The notes beneath the pieces are model-generated. The model saw nothing but the letters and a program-made list of their open reading frames with translations. It made no database searches and was not told where the DNA came from. A stretch of DNA of 39,745 bases. It comes from Pelomyxa schiedti (Eukaryota > Protista > Evosea). A program made the translations under genes and the position numbers. Location: assembly GCA_020536535.1 (NCBI GenBank), contig JAHLWZ010000945.1:1-39745 (forward strand). The letters are read 5' to 3'. Positions 10,606 to 20,437 of this stretch are shown here, one piece after another; positions within the stretch are counted from its first letter, which is position 1; every line of letters begins with the position of its first letter.

Positions 10606-11142
10606 CTCTGACAACGGCACAGGTGTCAAGGAAGGCAGTGTGGCTTTTGTACACGGGTGCTGCTTTGGGTGACCACAGGCGTGCCACACAGCAGCGTGGA
10701 GGGTGCAACAACTCGGAAGGGGAGTTACAAGTGGGGACATCAGAATCATCTGTGCACCCAGGTTCTGACCATGGTGGAATAAATGAGAACAGTCTGAGTT
10801 AGGAGTCTGTGTTAGCAGATGCGACTTGGGGTTTTCAATTCAAAGATTTCTCATCCCCCTATTTCCTATTGCCTCACACTGTGCCCCCACAATTCCATCT
10901 CACTGGGCCCCTTGCCAAGTGACGTCGCAAAACACATCAGACCGCGCTGGGTTCACCTCCCCGCCTGTCCGATCGGCCACTCCCTCCCTGAGGAAGGCAG
11001 ATGTCACATCAAAAAAAGATGCCACTGCAGCTCTGCCGTGCATTAAAAAACATGTCTCTTTGTGCTTCTCTGGAAGGTAACGGGTTCGCCAACAAACAAG
11101 GCCTCCTTGCATTGGCCAATGTGCATGCATGCGGGCAATCAC

Positions 11143-13330
11143 TCAAGTCTCCTTCCTCCTGGCAAGTATGTCGTCCTTTGAAAGTCCCAGCGTGCGAATG
11201 GACACAGTGGTGTGGAGTGGTGACATGAAAACAAACTGCATGAGGTGCTCCTTGGCAAACTCGGCTGTAATTTGAGGAAACACGCGCAGCAGCATCTTCC
11301 ACATTGGGACACTTATCTTTGTTGTTGCGCTCTGGAATGTTTTCAGCATGGGGGTAACCTGTGCAAAGATTTGGTTGGGATGGTTGCAGTCGTTAGTTAG
11401 TGCTGTGGAATGGTTGGGGGATGGTGCGCAGCCATTACCTGGGCCAAAGTAATCTTAAACGTGTGTATCAACCACTCAGCGCATCTGATTTTGTTGCTCT
11501 CAATCAGAATTCTAAGCATGCTGACAGAAGCCACTTGATAAGAAGTCAAGCTAAATGTTTGTATCAACCACTTGACCACCTTTCCAGACTGCACATGGCG
11601 GCAGCTCTTCAGACCCCGGGAAATTTTCTCAGCATCATACCCACTTTCTGGAGACACAAAGTGCTGGGTCTGTGACAGGGTCCACGATTCCACAGCACAG
11701 GTAACTGTGTACACTCTGTAACGCCTGGCCACAGGGAGCGCATCCAGAAACGCCCAGAACTCTTGTGGCTTTCTACGAAGAAGAGACACAGTTCTCTCGG
11801 TGATTGGAGTGATGCTGGGCAGGTTTGCGTGAGAAAGGAACCATTGAGTCCCACGAGAACCAGGGTTTCCACGAGCAATTCTCCATAAAGTGTCATCAGT
11901 GTTCAGAGCATGTTTCAGGCGCCTCATCACGCGGAATGTACTTTCCAACCACTTGGCAATGGACGTGTTGTTCACTAAAAGTGCCTGAACAAGACATTCT
12001 CGTATACATTTGAGTGTTGGAGCCGTTGTTGTCATTGACAGGATGAACTTGACTGTTTCCACATTGTCTTTCTCGTTTCCACACGCGGCAACTAAATCTT
12101 GTGGAGTGACTGGCCACAAATCAGTGATGTAGGAGCTCACGATTTCCTCGTCAGCAAGGAGGAACTTACTTGAAAAATTCATCAAGTCTGACTTGGGCGG
12201 CAGATAATTATCCAGCACCCACTTCAAACCTTTGTAACTTTTGACACTCAACAAGGGGGAACCAATTGGAACGTCAAAGGTGTCCTTGATCCATTGGCAC
12301 CCTTCCTCGAATTCAATGCAGTCCCTCTGCTCTGCCAACTCCATGTATTTAAGAAGTACTTCGAAACCCAAAGCCGCTCTTCTCTCTGCTGCTGTGCCAA
12401 AAAACCACTGAGTGCACATCTTCACAACTTCCACACTAGCACTGCCACAGAGTTCCTCCCGTCTCAGCGGTGAATTTCTGCAAGCAACCAAAACGGCAGT
12501 TGTGGATGCCAACCACTTCACAATGTCCACATGGCCCCGCCTCACAGCGCACAGAAATGGCTTGATGAGCTCCAAGTCCGCAGTGCCAACCCCGCTGAAC
12601 CTTGACATCACCCACTTTACAGTGTCCAGGCTCCCACCCCTGCATGCCTCAAACAACAAGCTGTGGCATGTCTCGCTCATCTCTCTGATGGAATCAGTCA
12701 CGTCTGGGTTAATCCTGGGCCACCTCAGTGACTTGAAGTAATAACTGCTCCCGTCAACAAGTTCGTGTGCCACCTCCAAGTGTCCTCCTTCATGTTGTGT
12801 GATAAGCTTCAGCATCATACACATTTACATTAAACATGCCAAGTGGATCAAACAGCCACACACAAGTCCTGCATAATCATACCGGCACAGAGTCCTTTGA
12901 GCACAGTGAGGCACTCCTTGTTGTTGTTCCTCGTTCTGACGGCGTGTCCCACAATCCATTCCGCGCACCTCTTGCTCCCTGCAAGACCCGCGCACCTCAG
13001 CCCAAAATACCGCGACGTGTGCACCACAACCACCGTCCTCTTCGTCGTTTCATGTCCGCCGTCGTCGTCGACGCTCTCCTCGACTGCACCAGCACCCATA
13101 ACTGCGTTGCAGGCACGCGGCACGAGCGGAAAAAGAGCCTCGGCGAGGGCCATCAGCCCGACGCAGTCGTCGACACGCCACTCGCCGCGGACGCCAGTGG
13201 GCACCGCCAGGGGAACGATGTCACGCCAGACCGTCAACGACACACTGAGAATGTACCCACTGCGCTCCTGTCTTTGCTTCCAAACGGGCGGCATCGTCGT
13301 CGAACTCTGTTGCGACTTCAGATTACTCAT
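11143..13330 (-). CDS. Ankyrin-like repeat protein, at least 3 exons; 5' end uncertain
   Basis: Intron 12788-12882 joins LKGLCAG|GHLEVAHELV, an ankyrin-type motif. ACRGGSLDTVKWV and AVRRGHVDIVKWL follow. A second intron (mirror 28308-28387) joins the 475-aa ORF to VTPMLKTF...RRKET*. Confidence 0.75.
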
Positions 13331-13729
13331 CACGTCTCCGAGATTTTGCGCCTTCCATCTTTTTGACAGCCACGATTGTCTTCATCAGTGGAAAGCTGCA
13401 AATACAACAAAGGGATGGTGTCATGGCGGGACTTTCGTATGGGTTGGAAAAGACCTTTCTACATTATTAATTTTTATTTCAACTATCACTTCACCACTAG
13501 TGGCATGGTCTTCCTCGTTGTACTCATCGAATAATTCGAAAGCTGTGTTTCATGTCAGGACCACGGTGCCGAGGTGGGACCTGATTCGTCGTCGCCGCAG
13601 CAACCGCCCCACGGCACAAAACATCAACAAATCCCAGCAAAATCAGAAACAAGCCTACAATCCCTGCAACCCGTTGTTGCTCGTTTATACACTTGTCTCC
13701 TCTCATTTCCCAAACCACTGACCTGTGAT

Positions 13730-16401
13730 TCAGAGACCCGATTTCCACAAGATGATGTTGTTTAAGTGCTCCTGTGCGGCAGAGTCGTTTTCAGCAGCAG
13801 CGAGTCTGAAGAACTTTGCAGCAGTTCTGATGTCCCTCTCAACACCCAGACCATCAGCATAGCACAATCCAAGCCCACAGGCTGACTCAGTCCACCCAGA
13901 ATCCAGTGCCTGCTGGAAGAGAACAGCAGCCTTGTGGAAGTCTTGCTTGACCCCCCTCCCATCGAAGTAGCAGAGCCCAAGTCCATAAGCTGAACCTGTG
14001 TGGCCGAAATTAAGGGCCTGCTGGAAGAGAGCTGCAGCCTTGCTGAAGTCTTGCTTGACACCTGTTCCACCGTAATAATAAACAGCCAGGTTGTGCATGG
14101 CTTCTTGGTTTTTATCATCATCGGCAGCCTTCTGAAACAATGGTGCTGCTCTGGTTGGGTCTTTATCAACACCAATACCCTTGTCATAGAAGAATCCAAG
14201 GTTATACGCAGCAAAGGTGTACCCCTCATCGAGGGCTTTCTGGAGCAGCATTACTGCCTTTGGGAAGTCTTGTTGGACTCCCAGGCCATCGCAGTAACAC
14301 TTTGCAAGGCGGTAGAGTGCCCTTGGGCACCTGTCACTGTCGCCATCAGCAGCCCTCTGATACAACGCAGCAGCCTTGTTGAAGTCTTGCTTGACCCCAG
14401 TGCCATTTTCATAGCATGCAGCCAGATCGCACATGGCAATGGGGAGCCCAGCATCAGCAGCCTGCTGATACAATGCCGCTGCTCTCGTGGGATCTTTGTC
14501 AACACCACTACCGTTGAAATAACACACAGCCAGGTTGTGGATGGCCTCAAGGTTTTTATCATCAGCAGCCTGCTGATACAATGCCACTGCTCTGGTTGGG
14601 TCTTTATCAACACCAATCCCGAGTTGGTAGAAGTATCCAAGGTCACAGGCCGAAGTGGTGTGGCCCTCATTGAGGGCCTGCTGGTACAGCAGTGAGGCCT
14701 TGTGGAAGTCTTGTTGCACTCCCATACCATTGTGGTAACACATTGCAAGGTTGTGCATTGCCTTTGGGCAGATCCAGCCTCCATCAACAGCTCGCTGGTA
14801 CAATGCCGCTGCTCTGGTTGGATCTTCGTCAACACCAATCCCATTGTCATAACAGTATCCAAGGTCGCCAGCAGCATAAGTGAAACCGGCATCAAGGGCC
14901 TGCTGGTAGAGCTCTGTGGCCTTGTGGAAGTCTTTCTCAACACCCGTCCCGTAATAGTAACAATCAGCCAGGTTGAAAATTGCACTGTGTGTGAATCCCG
15001 CCTCAACAGCCCTCTGATACAACGCAACCGCTCTCTTTGCATCCTTTTCAACACCCCTCCCATTGTAGTAGCACTCTCCAAGATAACAAATTGCGCAGGG
15101 GTCACCAGAGTCAGCAGCCATCTGATAAAGTGAGAAAGCCTTCTGGTGTGAAGCACACTGGTACAAATCCCCCAGCAGAGTCATGCAAGCAAACCTCAAG
15201 AGCGCTGGAGGTTGTGGTTGTGCTGATGTTGACGTGCTCACAGTCACAACAGGTTCAACAGAAGGAGGAGGAACTTCTTTTGCTGAAAGTGCAACCAGAA
15301 GCATGCTTTTTTCGCCACAGTCCTCCCAACAAAATGCCATCCAGAGTGCAACAAAGTATGAACACGACCACGATGATGGGAATCTTATCATTGATGATGA
15401 TGACGATGAGGAGGAGGAAGAGGACAACGGATCAGTGTTCTGCAGTGTGACAAGATTGATGAGAGAGGAAGAGTCACACCACTCTGATGACGTTGCTATT
15501 GATGATGATGACTGAGGAGGGTGAACTATTATGTGGTGGGGTGATGCCACGGCTGAAAGCAAGCTGTTCCACTCCTCAATGACTTTTGGCCTCCCTGGTT
15601 CTCTTGTGTTGAGTCCCAGAATGGTGTGGCAGAACTCTCTCAATTTATGAACCCCATATGAGATTGCAAAGGAAAAAGTAGTGGACAGCACTGGGGGAAT
15701 AATCTCGTGGTAGAGCTTCTCACAATTTGGTGTGATTTTGGCCAGTCCATAAAGGAACAACAACCCTGGAAGGTAGTGCTGCTGTTTCGGTTTGTCATTG
15801 TCACTCACTGTTTGGGTGGGGGGGAGATTGCAGAATTGGTAATCACATCACCAGGAAAAAGTGAAGTGAAACAAACCAGGAGGAGACAAAGTGAAGACTG
15901 AATCAGGATCAGAATTGTTGTTGTTGAAGTGAGAGTAAGCCTGTGAGACAAGTCCAACAGCAGGACCGATGTTGCCCAGCTCCAACTGGTGCAGGGCTTC
16001 AATCATCAGTTTGTTCTGGGGGTTCTTCTCCCCTCCTCCATCTTTGTTTTTTTTTTTTTGTGTGTCATTATTTGGGTGTGTGGTTGTTTGTTTCACCCAC
16101 ATGAACAAGCAGCAGCAATCTTGTCACTCCACATTTGATCATAAGAATGGACTGTGGTGGTGCAAACAACATCAACATCAAAGGCCATGGTGGTTGTTGT
16201 TGTTGTTGTTGTTGTCCTGTGTCGTTTCGTTTCTGGTGATTTTGGTGTTGCAGCCTCTTTCACTGTCTCGGTTTGCACCACAACAACTACGTCGTTGGGA
16301 GCAGCAGTGGCAGTCCCATAATTTGCAACGACCCCACTTCCGCCGTTGTTGCTGGGGTGGCTGGGTGGGTCGTCGGCGGTGGTGTCACCGATCTGCATCA
16401 T
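13730..16401 (-). CDS. Sel1-repeat (SLR/TPR-like) protein, 12 full repeats, probably 3 exons
   Basis: The 692-aa ORF 13730-15808 has repeated A..NLA.CY..G.GV..D..KA..LYQ.AA..G units. Upstream exons 16101-16401 and 15877-16041 join in frame through GT-AG introns (mirror 23646-23704 and 23870-23938). The upstream exons are less certain than the main ORF. Confidence 0.85.
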
Positions 16402-16435
16402 CTTGATCAACGAACCTGTTTTAGTGGAAGGAACC

Positions 16436-17833
16436 ATGTGCTCAACATCAAGCTGGATTCCGTGCAGCATCTACGGGTTCTCAGGTTCTCCTCGTGATTG
16501 GGACCGTTGGGGTTTCAAAGGGTATTACTTGCCTACGCTGGTCGCCTCGCAGCAGTTCGTGGCCCTCGCGCTGTCGTCGCACCCCAGGTGCGGCCGCCTC
16601 AGCCCCGCCCGCCTCCTCTCGTGCTCCCCGCCGTGGTCCGTGCGGCCCCAGCGGCGCCCCCCCGCGAGGCACACCGCTGCGGTCGCGCCGTCGTGGCTGC
16701 TGTGGATGATCTGGGACTCGTGGTGCCTGGGCCTGGCCAGGCGCTACTCCGTGGACTTGTCCGGGGTTACTGGGAACCCGCGGTTCCGCAACCTTTTATT
16801 CTGCGTTTCACCGCTGCTGCTCGGCACTGTGGGGCCGGTGCAATTGCTTGTTGGCGGCGGGAACGGGCCCAACTCGCTCGACCTCCTGGGGTACCTCAGG
16901 GGGCCCATGCTATCATCCGCAGCGCTCGTGCTGGAGACCGCAGATCCGCAGGAGGAGGGCGCCGGGAGCAGCCTTATGGGTGGTGCTGGGGAGTACAACG
17001 ACGGACGGGAACACTCCTGGCAGTCCCACAAGTGGTGGTTGCACTTCCCATGTTCTGACAAGATGGTGATTCTCAACATGGTGGATTCTGTGGCCGACAT
17101 AAATGAGGCAAGGAGGACCCTAAAGAGGAGGAGTACAACTGGAAAGATGGGAGTTATGGGAGGAGCAGGGGGACCCATCATGTATGAGGGGGGAAAATGC
17201 CCAAGTGTGGCTGTGGTTCCAGTCCAATTTGGTGGGAAGAGTGTCATTGTGGTGTCCTTTGATAAATCAGTGAGGGACGAAGCTGTTGTTGCATTGAAAT
17301 TTGAAGGGAAACACGAGGGGGCAGAGCTTCTGGTGTTCAATGTGAATGACGCATTCATCACAGGGAAGTTCACTGTTCTGAGCACAACGAAAGTTGAATG
17401 GAGATGGCCAATTAACTGTTTGAAGACACTTCTTTTCACAAATAAGCTCACAGGAAAACGCTGTTTCATCATAACTTGTGAAGATTTTGATGATGTCAAC
17501 ATTGTGACAGCAATCGAAGAAACAACAGGAGAAACGAAAGTGATCACAGCAATGCCAGAGGCCTGGGTACTGACGGCCGTGAATCACTCACTGTTGTGTG
17601 CCAGTGACAAATGGTGCCATGAAATCTGGGATGTGAACCGCACTGATTCTGTTGTGTGCAAAAGGCCAAACAAGTGCGACCACGGTTTTGCAACAGCTGA
17701 GTCTGGGCTTCTCATTCACAATTCCAGTGATCCTGTGCTGACAGTCACTGAAGCAATCTCTGGTTTCTGTGTTTTACAAGTCCACCTTGATTCAAAAAGC
17801 CCTGAAGTCACAGCAATGTACAGCTGGCTTTGA
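16436..17833 (+). CDS. QFVA/HPRCG-family protein, intact paralogue A (intronless)
   Basis: Long ORF with first in-frame ATG at 16436. It contains LVASQQFVALALSSHPRCGRLSPARLL, WLLWMIWDSW and a beta-rich C-terminus (HEIWDVN, ATAESGLLIH). It is clearly paralogous to 17919-19308. Confidence 0.8.
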   Translation: MCSTSSWIPCSIYGFSGSPRDWDRWGFKGYYLPTLVASQQFVALALSSHPRCGRLSPARLLSCSPPWSVRPQRRPPARHTAAVAPSWLLWMIWDSWCLGLARRYSVDLSGVTGNPRFRNLLFCVSPLLLGTVGPVQLLVGGGNGPNSLDLLGYLRGPMLSSAALVLETADPQEEGAGSSLMGGAGEYNDGREHSWQSHKWWLHFPCSDKMVILNMVDSVADINEARRTLKRRSTTGKMGVMGGAGGPIMYEGGKCPSVAVVPVQFGGKSVIVVSFDKSVRDEAVVALKFEGKHEGAELLVFNVNDAFITGKFTVLSTTKVEWRWPINCLKTLLFTNKLTGKRCFIITCEDFDDVNIVTAIEETTGETKVITAMPEAWVLTAVNHSLLCASDKWCHEIWDVNRTDSVVCKRPNKCDHGFATAESGLLIHNSSDPVLTVTEAISGFCVLQVHLDSKSPEVTAMYSWL

Positions 17834-17918
17834 CACTGAACCATTTACCTTTTTTTGGGACTTGGGGTGCAATACAAAAACAACAACCAACCTTTCGTGA
17901 AAAAGCTTACCATAATTG

Positions 17919-19308
17919 ATGTCGTCGCAGTGGTTTCCCGCCGTCGTCACTGGGTCAGAGGCAGTCCTTCTATCACTTCCTCCCACAATCGAGTACTCCC
18001 CGACGCTGGTCGCCTCGCAGCAGTTCGCGGCACTCGCGCTTTCCACGCACCCCAGGTGCGGCCGCCTCAGCCCCGCCCGCCTCCTCTCCCTCTCCCTCTC
18101 CTCTCTTGTCGCCTCCCCTCCGCCTTCCTCCTCTCCCTCGCCACAACCCCCCGCCCAGCCCTCGGCGTCGTCATCGTGGCTGCTGTGGATGATCTGGGAC
18201 TCGTGGGTGGTGGGCGTGGCCAGGCGCTACTACCTCCTTCTGCTCAGCGGCCTCCCGCGGCGGCCCCCTGGGCACCTGTGCTTCTGTGTGTCGCCGCTGC
18301 TGCGTCGTGGGCCCTGTGCACTTTCTCGTCGGCGAATCGACGGAGCTCGTGGGGCAGGTCAGGGCTCCAGGGGGCTCGTCGTCCACAGGGCTGTATGTCG
18401 AGACCGCAGATCTGGAGGAGGAGGGCAGCGGGAGCAGCCTTATGGGTGGTGTGGTGGAGTACGAGGGTGAGGAAGGCGCCTGGTGGCAGTCCCACAAGTG
18501 GTGGTTGCACTACCCAGCTCCAGACAGGATGGTGATTCTGAACATGGTAGATTCTGTGGCCGACATAAACGAGGCCAGGAGGGTCCTCAAGAGGAGGAGG
18601 ACAACCGGCAAGATGGGAGGAGCTATTATGGGAGCAGGTGGAAGAGGAATCACGAAGGAGGGGGAAGGAGAATGCCCAAGTGTGGCTGTTGTTCCAGTCC
18701 AATTTGATGGCTACAGTGTCAGTATGGTGTTCTTCAGTAGCTCTGTGAGGGATGAAGCTGTCATTGCGGTGGACAAGGAAGGCCAGGGGGCAAAGCTTCT
18801 GGTGTTCAATGTGAATGATGCATTCGTCACAAAGAAGTTCACTGTTCTGAGCACAACGAAAGTTGAATGGGCTTGGCCAGCTATCTGTTCTAACCCACTT
18901 CTTTTCACAAAGAAGCTCACAGGAAATCGCTGTTTCATTGCTGCGTTAGGTGATGATGAAGTAAATGTGGTGAATGAAATTGAGGAAACAACAGGAGCAA
19001 GGAAAGTGATCACATCAGTTCCCAGGCCAACCTCGTTGACGGCAGTGAACGACTCGCTCTTGTGTGCTGGCGACAAATGGTGCCACGAAATATGGGATGT
19101 AAATGACACCAGTGCTTCTGTGTGCAAAAGGAAAAACCAATGTGGAATTGGTTGTGCCACAGCCGAGTCAGGGCTTCTCGTTCATGATTCCAGGGAGACA
19201 GCCTTCCTTGCAGTCACAGAACCAATCTCTAGTTTCTGTGTTTTACAAGTCCGTCACTCTGATGCAAACTGCACTTACGTCACTGTAGCAAGGTCCTTCT
19301 GGCATTGA
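17919..19308 (+). pseudogene. QFVA/HPRCG-family paralogue B with a single frameshift near 18303 (pseudogene or sequence error)
   Basis: The frame of ORF 17916-18470 aligns to paralogue A up to FCVSPLL. The frame of ORF 18286-19308 aligns from VGPVH to the end. The segment between ctgctg and gtggg is 4 nt here vs 9 nt in paralogue A. Confidence 0.75.
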
Positions 19309-19649
19309 TCAACCATAATTTTGAAGAAAACAAAAAGATTCCGACTGTTTTGAGGCTGCCATGACGACGTAACTTGGGATGATTAGGGGCTTGCTAAAAT
19401 GCCAAAACGAACGTTCGTTTTGCGCGGGAGTGACAGTTTGAATCGGCCACTACACTTCCCTGCCTAATTGTTAAGGACCTATGACAACCCAACAACGCGG
19501 GGCAACTCTGGAGGGAGCAGGAAGAACTTAATTTACACTAAAGTTCTTTTTGGCATTTTGTGTTGTGACTACACGTTCCGTTTCCATTGTTTGGTGATTT
19601 TGGAGTTCTCCAACACCAGTCCTCTTGAAATCAGGTGGTGTGCCGGCCC

Positions 19650-19736
19650 CTGATGTCTTTCTGGGAAAACTACAGCGAATCTGATTCCCTGAACGGATTC
19701 TACCTATTCAGGCTTCTTTTCTCACTTACTACACAA
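19650..19736 (+). promoter_or_regulatory. Second copy of the conserved two-block non-coding element
   Basis: Matches 3740-3773 and 3901-3931. Its mirror copy (20011-20096, minus strand) lies about 125-210 bp upstream of the central ORF ATG, in the same orientation. Confidence 0.45.
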
Positions 19737-20043
19737 AAACCTGTAAAATTTTTTACATCCCAACATTCATTCCTCTTTCTCGTCACGCGACCACACGCTA
19801 GCTGCACTTTTCGCTCCGCATCGGCGTACAATCACTCCACACCCAAATGCCACAAACTGTTTCCGTGCGTCGATTAGCACTTGCATTTGGCCCCAGTCTT
19901 GTTGTTTCTTTGTAACTCTGTTTTTCGTGGAAGGGATTTGGTGTGGAGTGATGAGGATGCGCGACGAGAAAGAGGAATGAATGTTGGGATGTAAAAAATT
20001 TAACAGGTTTTTGTGTAGTAAGTGAGAAAAGAAGCCTGAAGGC
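19703..20043. other. Imperfect palindrome centre: near-identical inner arms 19707-19784/19963-20040 plus an asymmetric spacer of about 177 bp
   Basis: The arms differ at 19703-19706 (ccta) vs 20041-20043 (rc gcc) and at 19745/20002. Pairing breaks down from 19785/19962 inward. Confidence 0.93.
19767..19886 (-). pseudogene. Truncated 5' end of a QFVA-family gene: MQVLIDARKQFVAFGCGVIVRRCGAKSAASVWSRDEKEE*
   Basis: Hand-translated and below the ORF-track cutoff. IDARKQFVAFGCG matches LDARSQFVAFACG of 364-1674. The frame runs into the inverted promoter copy at about 19785 and stops 6 codons later. Confidence 0.85.
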
Positions 20044-20437
20044 TAGAATCCGTTCAGGGAATCAGATTCGCTGTAGTTTTCCCAGAAAGACATCAGGGGC
20101 CGGCACACCACCTGATTTCAAGAGGACTGGTGTTGGAGAACTCCAAAATCACCAAACAATGGAAACGGAACGTGTAGTCACAACACAAAATGCCAAAAAG
20201 AACTTTAGTGTAAATTAAGTTCTTCCTGCTCCCTCCAGAGTTGCCCCGCGTTGTTGGGTTGTCATAGGTCCTTAACAATTAGGCAGGGAAGTGTAGTGGC
20301 CGATTCAAACTGTCACTCCCGCGCAAAACGAACGTTCGTTTTGGCATTTTAGCAAGCCCCTAATCATCCCAAGTTACGTCGTCATGGCAGCCTCAAAACA
20401 GTCGGAATCTTTTTGTTTTCTTCAAAATTATGGTTGA

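Larger units (their letters stand above)
1..19702 (+). repeat. Left arm of a window-wide inverted repeat (palindrome)
   Basis: Every ORF in the track has a mirror ORF of identical length and translation at 39746-i. Base-by-base checks at the ends and near the centre show complementarity up to 19702/20044. Full-length identity is inferred from these checks, not from a computed alignment. Confidence 0.97.

Noticed and set aside
10040-10711. 223-aa minus-strand ORF as a real gene
   Set aside because: It is the antisense reading of the Sel1/QFVA relic, is low in complexity, and has no recognisable domain.
13730-15100. CRISPR-like or satellite array suggested by recurring 25-30 nt words
   Set aside because: The recurrences are the codons of Sel1 protein repeats within one ORF, and the context is eukaryotic.
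13762-15515. Multiple 110-300 aa ORFs overlapping the Sel1 gene on other frames and strands
   Set aside because: They are shadows of the repetitive Sel1 coding sequence and have no independent motifs.
19468-19653. 61-aa ORF near the centre (and its mirror 20093-20278)
   Set aside because: It has a non-ATG start, no homology to anything in the window, and lies in apparent intergenic or promoter DNA.
20076-20085. gttttcccag resembling the M13/lacZ primer site (vector contamination)
   Set aside because: Only 10 nt match and the following tcacgac is absent. The word is part of the genomic element also present at 3748-3760.
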